Of a DNA stretch of 64,000 bases, positions 28,423-40,249 are shown piece after piece. Every line of letters starts with the position of its first letter. The stretch's first letter is position 1. Source of the stretch: Epiperipatus broadwayi (taxonomy: Eukaryota > Animalia > Onychophora); contig JAQFVV010000001.1 in the NCBI GenBank assembly GCA_028023455.1, positions 15,314,001 through 15,378,000 of the forward strand, written 5' to 3'. The position numbers were made by a program, and so were the translations under genes. The notes under the pieces were generated by a model. The model made no database searches, had not been told where the DNA came from, and saw only the letters and a list, made by a program, of their open reading frames with translations.

Positions 28423-28516
28423 TTTTTTTTTATGTCAAAGCGTTGACTGGGAAGCGAGCCTGGGTCAGCTTCTTGGAAGGCAGCTATGCTAACCGCTAGG
28501 CTATCAATGCTTGACA
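28423..28516 (-). mobile_element. tRNA-Gly(TCC)-derived SINE or retroposed tRNA pseudogene
   Basis: 28440-28510 on the minus strand reads GCATTGATAGCCTAGCGGTTAGCATAGCTGCCTTCCAAGAAGCTGACCCAGGCTCGCTTCCCAGTCAACGC, close to metazoan tRNA-Gly-TCC, with a damaged T arm. Followed by tttgacat and poly(A). Confidence 0.75.
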
Positions 28517-29191
28517 TTATTTAATAAAAATGAAAAGAAATAAATCATGTTTAAAAGGAATTTTATTATCTGCACATTCTATAATTTGATGAGAGATCAC
28601 AAAAATGGTTATAACTAAAATGTTTGAAATGAATTTTACTGCAATAGCAGGCTGAAATATTGAAATCCTTCCTACATATGTGAACCAATTTTATAGGAAA
28701 GTCTTCAGAATGCATTAGGAACAAAATATCATGAATTCTCATACTCTACATCAATTTGACAAATAAATTAAAGAATTATGTAAAAAAAAAATTGTCAGTA
28801 TTATGTGTTATAAATATAATTCAAATAATTCAATAAATGAATAAAGGATTTGTAGTCAACAGCTAGGATACAGATACCATAGCTCCAAAATAAATAATTA
28901 AAGAATAACTAATATGTATGAAAACAAGCAAATTAAAATTAAAATTGGGGGCTATATTGACATTTCTATTTATGCATAAATTATTGACAAACTGTGTACA
29001 TAAATTTTAGTATAAACTATTTATATTAAACCACTAAACAACACATGATAACCATTCTTTATGCTTACACAAGCTGTTTGCACAGGCTAAACTCTCCCTA
29101 CAGTAGCACTACTCAGTGAAAGCCAGAGTTATCAATGAACACAGGAAGGTTTGTGCATAAAATCCCTATCTAGTGCTCACTCATCCAATAT

Positions 29192-29231
29192 TCCCAGACT
29201 AGTTTCTAGCTTGTGGCCTTCATCAGTGAGG
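29192..29231 (-). ncRNA. Type I hammerhead ribozyme motif (family A), intact
   Basis: CCUCA-CUGAUGA-A-GGC-CACAA-GCU-A-GAAA-CUAGU-C-UGGGA. Confidence 0.85.
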
Positions 29232-29373
29232 TGCCTTGAATTTGAGAGTACTGAACCTAGATATTAGGATCCAATGCAATCATCCAGCAGCCACCTTTTT
29301 ATCTTATTAGCCAACTATGGTTGCTGGAGGTTGCATTGAATCCTAAGATGTAGGTGCAGTACTTTCCAAGGCT

Positions 29374-29413
29374 CCTCACTGATGAAAGCCATAAGCTAGA
29401 AACTAGTCTGGGG
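29374..29413 (+). ncRNA. Type I hammerhead ribozyme motif (family A), intact
   Basis: UCCAA-GGCU-CCUCA-CUGAUGA-A-AGC-CAUAA-GCU-A-GAAA-CUAGU-C-UGGGG-AUA-UUGGA. All core nucleotides are present, with an extended bulged stem I. Confidence 0.85.
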
Positions 29414-30239
29414 ATATTGGATAAGTGGGCACTAGATAGATTTTATGCACAAGCCTTCCTGCATCCTTTGATTATTCTGGCTTACACTGAGTGATGCTAC
29501 TGTATGGAGAGTTTAGCTCTCTGTAAACTATTTATAACTTGCAAAAGAATATTTGAAGTAAAACATTATGGATATATTATTTATGGTTATTTTATATAAT
29601 CTAATGTTTTATAAGTAGTGCATATTTTATAATAATTTTAAATGCTTTTGAGTTCACATTTGTAAGAGCATGTCTTCATAATTACTGAATTTGTGCATAA
29701 TTTCTAGGAAGAACCAAAATTTATTTATATTATAAAATTTATCAAAGAAAATTCTAAATACATACAATGTTAAGTGCTTTCATTGAAAGAATGAAGCTAA
29801 GATCCATTACAATGATGAGTAGTAATTAAGTAAGTTTTTGAAATCTTTTTAAAAATATTTTTTTGTTTCAAAAAAAGATTAAGACAGCCCCATAAAATGT
29901 CAAATAAATATATTAAATGATTATTGCATAATATATCTGATAGCAGCTGTGTTTTACTGATTGTTTTGAATAATCATCACAAAATCCATACATTTTTTTT
30001 TTTGTAAGTAGATGATCATATTCATTTACGACTGGCTGCTAATGTTAGTAGATATGTTTTATTTTGATTAGAGATAAAAGAAAATTTATAATTTGAATCT
30101 TAAAAATTGGAAGTAATTTTAAAAATTTTTACTAATTTTTTTAGGTTAGCAATTAATTTAGTGTCACCACCCTAGTGGTAATTATACTTGACTGGCTCTC
30201 ACAAAATGATTTAAAAAAGACAGGTTTTAAAAATAAAAA

Positions 30240-31440
30240 TCCGAAAGTCGACATTTATTTATACATACGGAATAAAAATTGGCTACAAAGTAAATATTGA
30301 AGTTTAAAACAATAATCTATTTATTCATTCATCTTTATGTACAGTTTTTGGGGAAATTTAATTTCACATCAAGTTTTAAATAATCTTTGACAGAAAGCTT
30401 TTTCTATTAATAATATAAAAAAGAATGAATTTTTATTTCGTATTTATTTATTTATTTTTTCTTAATCTGTTAGTGTAGCACAAAAAAGAACAATCTGAAA
30501 TAATAAATTAAGATTTAATTTTAAAAAGCAAAAGTTTTGAGCTACCGTGGGTGCGGTTTTTTTTAATTACCCTGAGCTAGTAACTCATACTAAAAGTGTT
30601 TGACGGAAGAATTCATCATCATCATCATTAGCAGTCATTCGTAAACAAATATGGTAATTTTAACTTTAGAAGGAAAAAAGATAGAAAGACAAAGTTGCTG
30701 CATCTTATGGTGCCATCAATCCTGTATATTTTCGTGCCGAACGTTACTTTTTGAAAGGCTTCAATGCTTTGCCAATTATGGTTTTTCCCAACTAAGAATT
30801 TAAAAAAAAAAAGGGGGGGGGGGAGGGCAGCATTCTAATTAGTTGAATAAAATTATTATCTTCATGGTTAATGCAGTAGTAAAGTATTAGATTCTGAAGC
30901 TCAAGGTCCATGTTATTTATAGCCAGCTCTGACATTTCCGATATTTGAACTTGTCATGAATTTTGAACAATAAAATAATTTTTTTTTTTTTTATAACTAT
31001 TAAGTTATATCTGATATTTTATTGCTAGCTCTCTAAATCATTTGAACTTACCATAAAGAAAAAAATTGCATTTCTTGTTAAAATCTTATATTACTGAAAC
31101 GAAGATTTGTTACCTTCTTTACATTATTTACGTAGTTAGCGCTATATAAATAGACTATTATTACAGTTAAATAAAGTTTAATAAATCTTTTGTTAAGAAA
31201 ACAAAGATCAGGAACTAAAGTAATTAAAGTGATTTAATTAATTGATAGGAAATGATGAAAGATCAAATTTAAATTTCAGAAATAGTAGTGCAAATATTTA
31301 TAAATGAAATGAATTTTTGTAATAAATGCTTAGTTAGGCTCTTTATGACAGATAATTAATTATAAGTTTTCAAAATAAAAAATAATAAATAAAAGCAATG
31401 GGTCATTACCCCTCTTTCACGTTATTCGCTTTGCTCTTCT
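30240..31440. promoter_or_regulatory. CpG-retaining patch, candidate unmethylated promoter
   Basis: About 11 CpGs counted by eye in 30240-30745 and more to ~31430, against a background where CpG is rare. No TE motif recognised here. Confidence 0.4.
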
Positions 31441-31992
31441 CTTAGTTTCAACTGATTGATGAAATAATATTAAAATATTCATTTTAGTTTATTAAACTTT
31501 TTAATTCATATTATTCAAATTATTAATACATACTTTTCAGATATAATTAATTGTAAATAAAAATAATTTATTTTGATGAGTCATTTTCAGATGATAAAGT
31601 TTTAATTTCCTTAAAAAAAAAGTTATGACTAAAACTCATTATTTTTGACTTACTTTCACTAAGTGATTTAATTAGTAATATATTTTATGATTTAATTAGT
31701 AATGGCTTATTATTCATTTTGCAAAAAAAAATGTTAATGAAATTAAAAAAAAAAAAACACAATTATTCATTAAAATTGATGTAAAATGAATTTTATTTTT
31801 TAAAAGATTTTCTAGTTTTGCAATCATATTTATAATCACCCCTTCACCACAGAAGTTATATTTATTTAAAGTGAGAGTTTGAAAGAAAGTTTACATTACA
31901 AAATGTATTCTTTAGAATAATAAAACTGATTGATACTCCATGTTTTCAAAAATCAGCTTTAAATTTAATTGGAAATAAAAACATTCATTCAA

Positions 31993-33965
31993 TCAACATC
32001 ATCATCCATTATCAATCCTCTGCAGGATGAAGGTCTCTCCAAGTTCAATCCATCTCCAATCTTTAGCTTCTCTTCTCCACATTACTCCTGCACACTTTCT
32101 TATTTCATCCATCCATTTCACATGTGGTCTCTTTCTGGGTCTTTTACAATCTCTTGGAATCCAGTTTAAGACTTCAATTGTCCATCTATTATCATCTCTT
32201 CTAGCAATATGTCCAGCCCAACTCCACTTCAGTCTTTTAATTTTTTCAATGAGATCAGCAACACCTGTTTGTTCTCTTACCCATATATTGCATTTTCGAT
32301 CTCTTCTTGTTACTCCCAACATACATCTCCCTATACTTCTTTGAATAGTCTGAAGTCTCTGTATTGCTCTTCTATTAAGTGTCCAAGTCTCACATCCATA
32401 AATAAGAAGTGGTAAAACATTCATTAAAAACCTTTCTTTTCAAACATATAGGTATATTTTCTTTTAGTATCAAGTTATTTCTACCAAAAGCACTCTGACC
32501 AAGTTTAATTCTATGATTAATTTCATCCATTATGTTTCCATCTGTATTAATAATCTGACCAAAGTATTTTAAGCTGTTAATTTCTTCTAACTCATCATAA
32601 TCAGACTTTATTTTCATATTTTGAGAAAATCCATTAAACATTACTTTAGTTTTTTCAACATTTATCTTTAATCCTACTTTCATCTGATAATTCCTGCAAC
32701 ATTTCCTGCAGCTCTAAAGCATTATTTGCAAAAACAACTACATCATCTGCAAAATCTAAATGATTTAAATAATCTCCATTTACTTTCATTCCTTTAGCTT
32801 CCCATTTTAATCCACAAAATACTTCTTGCAGCACTGCTGTAAAAAGTTTTGGAGATATAGAGTCAGCCTGTCTTACACCCTTCTCAATGTTGACTTTCCT
32901 AGTATCATTATGTATCTAAGTTGCTATTGTATTTTTATAAATATTCTTTAAAATATGGCAATATCCTGGATCTATACCTTGATAAGCCAATGCTTTAATC
33001 ACTGAAGAAAATGTATATAGAATCAAATGCCTTTTTATAATCTACAAATCCAAAAGCATAATGACAATACATATTCATTTGTCCTTTCTATAACTTCTCT
33101 CAATACCGGGATATGATCTACTGTACTAAAACCACTTTTAAATCCACTTGTTTTCTTGGTTGGTGGAAATCCAATGTTCTCTGTAGACAAGTTGTAATTA
33201 TCTTGGTAAAAAATTTGTATAAAACTTATAAAAACCTGATAGGTCTGCAATTTTCTTTCAATCATCTGATACATCTTTATCATTTAGACATTTGGTATAT
33301 AACTTTGCTAAAAAAATTGTATTTATTCACTTGTTTCTTTTAATATATCAATTATAATTCCATCATTACCTGGAGACTTTCCTTTCTTCATAAATTTAAT
33401 TGCATATCTTACTTCTTTATTTGAAATTCTGGACAATTTAGAAGATATAATAAATATAGGAGGTACTTGTTCTTTATTACTATATAATTCTTGATAATTT
33501 TTTCCCCATTTCATGATGTCATCTCTTTTTAGTAATAATTCCATTTTTTTTTCTTATTGCAGATATAAATTTCCTACCAATAGCAAAATGTTGTTTTATC
33601 CTCTTGAGACTTTTATTCTCTTCTACAGTTTTCCTTTCTAGTTCACAGTTATACTTTCTTATATCATTTTCAACTCTTTTCCGCATGATTTTACAAAATT
33701 TGAGATATTCAATCCTTTTAATACATCATTTTTGTATATCTTCATATTCCTTCTTTTCTTCATAAATTCTCTAGTCTCAGTAGAAAATTTATTGATCAAT
33801 TGCTGCTTTTTTCTACCAGCTATCTTTGTTGCAGTTTTTAAAAGTATATTAGTTATATTCATATTAATTCCATTCAAATCTGGATCATGTTCAAAATCTA
33901 CTAATACTTGAAACCGATTTGTAAGTTCTAATCTAAATTCATTAGAATGTTTCTGAAGATTAGAA
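31993..33965 (-). mobile_element. 5'-truncated RTE-clade non-LTR retrotransposon (RT pseudogene)
   Basis: Fragmented minus-strand ORFs 33659-33970, 33323-33544, 33035-33283, 32390-32683 and 32002-32424 carry KSPGNDG, GFKSGFSTVDHI, NHLDFADDVVV (~32737-32770) and KWSWAGHIARRDDNRW. (GAT)n 3' tail at ~31995-32008. Possible TSD tcattcaat (31984-31992) / tcactcaat (33966-33974). Confidence 0.92.
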
Positions 33966-35549
33966 ATCACTCAATATGAATCTTTATATAAGTTTAAAAT
34001 ATTTGACATAATTAAAGTTTGAGAAGAACTGATAATGAGGAAATTGTATGGATCATTATAGCACCCAGGTACAATATTATTATTTGGATATCTATTTTTT
34101 GTCATTTTTAGAAGCCCAAAGAGACTTCTAGATTTTCACATCAATCAGACTTTATTATAAATTATGATTTACTTAAGAAACATTTTGCCCTTAACTTTTA
34201 ATACACACACATAAAAATAAATTACCCCCCCCCAGCCCTTTTAATAAATAGTCCACTGCAGAGCAATGTCAATATTCACAAACTTGTCAATTCCTGAGTG
34301 AAGATTTGAGCATTTTCCCATCCATATTTTATTCCCTAGATAAGAATAGCTAGATATATATTTAGTGACTAATGTTGGGTGGCTATGGGTCAGCTATCTG
34401 AATTCCAAATGATAGGTAATGTAGGTGAATGAACTATTAATGCATCATTAAGCCCTTCTCATAACCCACTGATTACTTATAAATTATTAAACATTGCCAT
34501 GTTTTTACTTAATTTTTCAAATAATTTAAAAGAATTTATGATTTTAAATTTTTTTTTGAAAATATCAAAAAGTGAAAAGAGGATAAATAAATAAGCAGGA
34601 GAGGGGAGGGGACTTATTGGGATTTTTTTTAACAATAATAATATGATCTATTGTTGAGATCACAGTGAACTCAAAACAAACAGATTTTTTTTTAAAAAAA
34701 ACTTCTTTATTTGAAAATGGTTCCAAGAATCTTTAGTTAAGGGGTCCACTCTTCTAATTACACAGGATATTGTTTTTATTATTACAATATATAAAAAAAA
34801 TAATTGTTTAATGTAATAACGTGAAAACACTGTCAATATATATTTTAAAAAAAATTAAAATTAATAATTGTTATTTGACATTTTCGTTTAATATTTATTC
34901 AAGTTTATAGCAGCATATGATCATTTTAAAATATAAAAGATTTCTAATAAGGTGGAATAAGAAGTATAATGTTTATTACCATATATTTTTACTTTTGTAT
35001 AATAAATACAGAAAGATTAGGAAACCAACATTTTCAGATTAATAATATTGTATCTGTAATTATATTTATTAATTAAAGTTATTATATGCAGTAAAGTATT
35101 AATGAATAATTAGTTGTTCAAGAGGTCATATGATATTCAAAGACTAGAAATCAAAGATTGAACTTTCTTGACTCCATCACTTTACCATTGGGCTTTAAAT
35201 ATAATAATATAATGATTGATCAAGGAAAAAGGAAATCCAGTTAGGATTTTTTAAAGGCAAAATTTGATATTTTGAAAATATCTATTTTTTTTCTTTATTT
35301 TTAAATATGGTATTTTGTAAGCAACATGTTTGAAAATATTTAAGTGTGTACAGTAATTATAAAATAAATCTTCAGCATTAATTATGTTTTCTAAATTTTT
35401 CTATTAAAAAAAAACTTTTTTAAAAAAGTCGTTTTCAATTGAAAAATTGTAATATTGTGTTAAGTTTTAATTCTTTAGTGATTTGATTACAGAATTGCAC
35501 CAGTAAGTTTGATACTGCTAACAATAATAATTGAATTTGTAGATATATA

Positions 35550-37092
35550 TTTATGTACATATATGAAATTATAGGAACCCAAGATTTCAGTTTCAGAAAA
35601 GCATCCATTCCCTCACTATATCATTTGCAAATGTATTTGCGAATTATAAGAATAGCATAATTAATCATATTTATATTTTTGAATAAAGTAATGTATAACT
35701 TTGATTCATACACAAAAAAACATAATTAGCCAGTTATAAAAATATTGGATAGATCTCATCTTAAATAAAGTTTTCTCTAAAGATTTATAGATGTTTGCTA
35801 TTGTGACATCCGGATTATTCAATATTGAAATAAAGTCTGATATGCATATTCACAAAAATGATTTACCTTGGTTTATTAAAGCAAAGAATCATAGCTGTAA
35901 TTAAAGAAATTGTTTTAAATATGCTGCATTTTATGTAGCAAGAATAGATATGTTAAGTGTTGTTAGCCGAGAGGTCATCGCAGCCACTTTACAAGCAAGT
36001 AGTTGGTTGCAGACGGTTGTGGGTTCGCGTCCCAGCCGATGCTTTGACATATGAAAAAAAAAGAATAGATATGTCATTTAGATTGTTTGCAGATGGTTAA
36101 TGGTGCACATATAGAATACATAACTTTTTGCATGAATTTTTCTAACTAGGTAGTTTAAATTTTTGAATAAGTATGATTTAAGACATACATACTATATATC
36201 AGTAATCATATAAATATGTTATCTGGCCATTGGTCAATAATCTTTTAGATTTCCAAAAGCTCACCAGTATGTATTTAAAACTTCTGTAAGCTTTTATGAT
36301 TCTCAGCTAAGGAAAGTAAAAAAACAACAACAATCTGTTTGATCAATTCTTTGGAACGATTATGCTTAACCAATCACTTTGATGCTTGAACATCACATAA
36401 CCTCCCAAGCAATAGTTTGAATAATTACTTTTTATATTAATAATAAATTGATTAACTACTTGCAATTTTCTTCCATGAAAATTTTAATCAATATTTTGTT
36501 TTGATACTTATTTTTAAGTCATTTTTATAACTTAATATTATGTAGTTTTAATATCTGATGAAATTTTATTAAAATAAGAAATCTGTATTTAAGTTTTTGA
36601 TGCTCTCTAATTCAAGATTTATGTTTAAATAATAAACTTAAATTATCAATTGCTCTTATATAAAATATTTGAAGACATTAAGCTTTTTTTTCTATCTGGA
36701 GTTATTACATTTTCTATCTTCTGCTTTATATTTAATGAATATTTTAGTTATAAATATTGAACTTTTCTTGTTATTTAATCTTCTTTTACAATGATTATAT
36801 AGAAATGCATTTATAAAAATATGGTTACATTAAAACTGTTGTAATTAATTATAAATTGTAATAACCAATAGTAATCTATTAAACAAGAATGTATATGATG
36901 CAAAGTATAGATATTCTTTTAGCTAAACATGAAACTCAAAATTTTAGATACTATGTATTGGCTAATAACAAATGCACATATATGAAGTTATAATAACTCA
37001 GGATTACAGTTTCAGAAAAGCATTAATTTCCTCACTATCATTTATACCATTTGCAAATGTATTTGTGAATTATAAAGAGTAGCATAATTAAT
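35550..37092. repeat. Direct repeat pair, about 120 bp each (35550-35670 and 36975-37092)
   Basis: Both contain catatatgaa.ttata..cagtttcagaaaagcat...cctcactat..catttgcaaatgtatttg.gaattataa..tagcataattaat. Confidence 0.8.
35954..36060 (+). mobile_element. tRNA-derived SINE with poly(A) tail and TSD
   Basis: A-box-like tagccgagagg, B-box-like gggttcgcgtccc, tttacaa loop, 3' gctttgacat plus an A-run. Perfect 14-bp TSD aagaatagatatgt (35940-35953, 36061-36074). Confidence 0.85.
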
Positions 37093-37094
37093 TT

Positions 37095-37530
37095 GGTGTC
37101 TTTGGTTCTTTAATAATTATAGCCACCACTATCCTATTAGGCAAGATTAGTATTAAACCACTAATCATCACATTATCACCACTTCCTATGCTTACTCATA
37201 ACTATTATTAAAGCAAGCAAAACTCCATATAGTAGTGCCACTCAGTACAAGCCAGAATAATCAATGGATGCCAGAAGACTTGTGCATAAAATCCCTATCC
37301 AGTACCTACTCATCCAATATCCCCAGACTAGTTTCTAGCTTGTGGATTTCATCACTGAGGAGCCTTGGATCTGAGAGCATTGCACCTCTAGCTTGCACTG
37401 AGTAGTGCTACTATATGGAGAGTTTTGCCTGTTTTAGTAACACTTATGAGCAAGCATAATAAATAGATCATGTGATGTTTAGTAGTTTAATACCAATATT
37501 GCTTAATAAGATAGTAGTGATTATGATTAT
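37095..37530. mobile_element. Family A fold-back, copy A5 (long outer arms; HHR only in the left arm, C3 changed to G, 37321-37360 minus)
   Basis: Inverted arms 37095-~37385 and ~37386-37530 include about 110 bp of outer tail absent from most other copies. Confidence 0.85.
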
Positions 37531-37554
37531 TAAAGAACAAAATGTATGGGTACT

Positions 37555-37850
37555 GAACTGAGTTCAGACCTATATAGGCTAATGAGCTTGGATTGAAAAT
37601 ATTGTTTTCAATTTTAGACTCATGGTTTTGTAGTTGAAATAAAAGGTGGCTGCTGGAGGGTTGCATTAGATCCTAAAATCTAGATTCAGTGTTCTCAAAT
37701 CCAAGGCCCCTCACTGATGAAAACCACAAGCTAAAAACTAGTCTGGGGATATTGGATGTGTAGGCACTTTATGCATAAGCTTTTTGGAATCCATTGATTA
37801 CTCTGGCTTGCACTGAGTGGCACTAATGTATGGAAAATTTTGCCAATTTT
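37555..37850 (+). mobile_element. Family A single sense arm, copy A6, adjacent to A5 (HHR 37709-37748, GAAA changed to AAAA)
   Basis: The reverse complement matches the longest left arms of A1 and A2. Confidence 0.85.
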
Positions 37851-38899
37851 ATGAGAATTCAGAGTAATAGGGGTGTTTTATAATAAAATGTCCTATCAAC
37901 TAGTTTGAAAACAATGAATCTTATTCTCACAAAACAGCAGACTGTATCATCAATAATTGCTGTACATTCTGCGTTTAGATTGTACTTAATTTAACAGAGT
38001 ATAATATATCCAGTTATTTGTACAGTAACATTATTATAAACAAAACAAAAAAAAATAAAATAAGACACACACACACAAAAAAAAACACATCCAACTAAAG
38101 AGAGACAGAATAAGAGAATTATTCTCATGAATCAATATGATGGGAATAATCACTATTTTATTAATAGCATTGAAATTCAAACGCCATTTTATGAACAAAG
38201 ACAGTATTTTCATTAAATTGGAATGAATTGAATTTTTTTTACCTTAGATGGGAATCATTCTATAAACCTTTAGAACTAAAGCTATCTCTTACAGTGACTG
38301 GATTATTCTGTCGTCGATAAATAGTTCTTTTGATTGAGATATTTAAGAAATATGTATGAATAAAATTAGATCGTGATTCTGAATCATCCTTGCGAGTTAA
38401 TTTAATCTTGAAGCTCATTAGTCATTGATTAGTATAAAATAATTTACATCTGAAATCTCCCCCCCCCCCATGATTTTTTTCTTTTCAATTTTTAAAATAA
38501 TCATTTTTTTAAAAGTATTTGTTAGGGGGGAGGGTGACTTTTTTTTTCTTTTCGAATTGCTGTTCTCCCTCTTAAAATTACATCTTTAATTTATAATTCA
38601 AAGATACCTATTTGTCAGTTATGAATCCCTGGCAAGCCACCAAGAATCATCAGCTGACGCAACACCAGCTTCTTTCTATCACTTAAGACTATAACAAAGA
38701 ATGTCTTTTTAGAAAGCTTTTTTTTAATAGTTTAAAAAAAGTACTGCCAGTTAAGTATTTTTTTGTTTTAAACAAGACATTTTCCAAAAGTAGCATTTTT
38801 TCACAGAAGTGGTCTTACTAGACATCCAACTCCAATTTGTGACTCTTAAAGAGGTTCAGAATTAACTAGGAGGGAGATAGCAAAACATTTTTCCTATCT

Positions 38900-39700
38900 A
38901 TTTTTATAAACAATACAATTTTATATGTTTAAGTTATATTTTCAGTTAACAAAATGGAAATCACTTTTCTAAATCAAATGGTTCACTATTTTATTGAGAA
39001 TCTATCGTCATCAATATCAGCCACTTGTAAATGAGTATTATTTTAATTTCATACCCACAATTAACATTAGGAAGAAAAAAAATGTTAGAGATTTAACTAA
39101 AGAACGTTCCATTAGGATTACTAGTCTTAAGGGTTCTTTCAATTTACTAGCATAATTTTTACTGCTTTTTCTAGAAGCAATTTTTGAGTAATTTCTTCAG
39201 TTGCTACCATTATATCTAATAAAGGAATAATAAATGGTATGACCACGAAATATCTTTTTTCAATACATAAGTTTTAGCACCATTTAGATGCTTGGAATAA
39301 AGATGTTCAACTGATGTAGCTTCTTTGTTATTTAGTGAAGCATGAGATTTGATATGCCATGTAAGGGTTAAATTTATTTTGCTCTTTTATTTTTTTCATA
39401 TAATTTTCTTACAAACTGAACAACGTTTGGAAAGTCATCAGAAATTTTATTTCCTTGGATTGCTAAAAAAAATATTTGGACATTTATTCTCTTAACCAAG
39501 TTTCATTTGCTCTCCAAATAATTTTTTTCTACTTTTTGGAAGTGAATTGGAAATTTTAATTGCAAATCTTGATTGATAATCTTTCAGATTTACTTTTGCA
39601 TAGGAAAGTTATTGATTTTCTATTTTGGCCAATTTAGTACTGGTTTTTTAATATCTAGTGGTGGAATTCATTGAATTATTCATTTAGTTGAATCATTAAA
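38900..39700 (-). mobile_element. Possible L1/Tx1 ORF2 C-terminal relic
   Basis: Minus-strand fragments KIIWRANETW, KRCSVCK and EATSVEHLYSK resemble the zf-RVT region. Very decayed. Confidence 0.25.
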
Positions 39701-40249
39701 TTTTTTTTATCTGAAATATTGGTATAAAAGTTGTGAGCACAAAGAGTTTAACACTTGCTTATTAAAATGTAACAATTTGAATTATTAAATACTTAAAAAA
39801 ATTATTTATATTAATATATTCCATTATTAGTAATAACAGATAGGTTAGTACGAATACAATATTTAAAGAGGCACTATTCTACTTTTCTATGCTGAAATTA
39901 AAGTGATATTCTAATCAACTAGGCTATTCCATTAATGGCTTCAGTTAGTAGAAATTTTATGTATTTGTCTATGAGGGTTCTTCTGATTTTTCTATTTTTA
40001 CTTAAAAGCAAGATTAATGAATGATTTTCAATTATTATGAATTATATACTAGATTGACTTATGGTTATTTGCAATTGTAATGTGAAAAGTTTACATTTTT
40101 TTTTTTTTATCTCAGTCTAATATTCTTGTTTTTCAAATCATTGGAATATACATAATCAACTACTTTGGATATATCTGTTGATTTTCATAATCTTCAACAT
40201 GATTTATAATTTCTTTTTATGGACTCTTATGTCATCAATGCTACAGTCT

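Larger units (their letters stand above)
29026..29523. mobile_element. Family A fold-back, copy A4 (best preserved, HHR in each arm)
   Basis: Arms 29026-~29325 and ~29326-29523, the left arm about 60 bp longer at its outer end. Flanked by the 13-bp direct repeat taaactatttata (29013-29025, 29524-29536). Confidence 0.9.

Noticed and set aside
28440-28510. Functional tRNA-Gly gene
   Set aside because: The T arm and anticodon stem are disrupted, and the SINE-type tttgacat plus poly(A) tail is shared with other copies.
36545-36590. CTGATGA...GAAATCTGTA hammerhead-like string
   Set aside because: Stem II is made only of A/U runs and stem I does not pair. Expected by chance in AT-rich DNA.
5097-37850. 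CRISPR array or classical MITE interpretation of family A
   Set aside because: There is no repeat-spacer periodicity and the context is eukaryotic. Termini are asymmetric and variable with 12-13 bp TSDs, unlike MITEs.
38625-38670. CTGATGA on the minus strand followed by a hairpin
   Set aside because: The hairpin is followed by UUCA, not GAAA, and there is no stem III or stem I.
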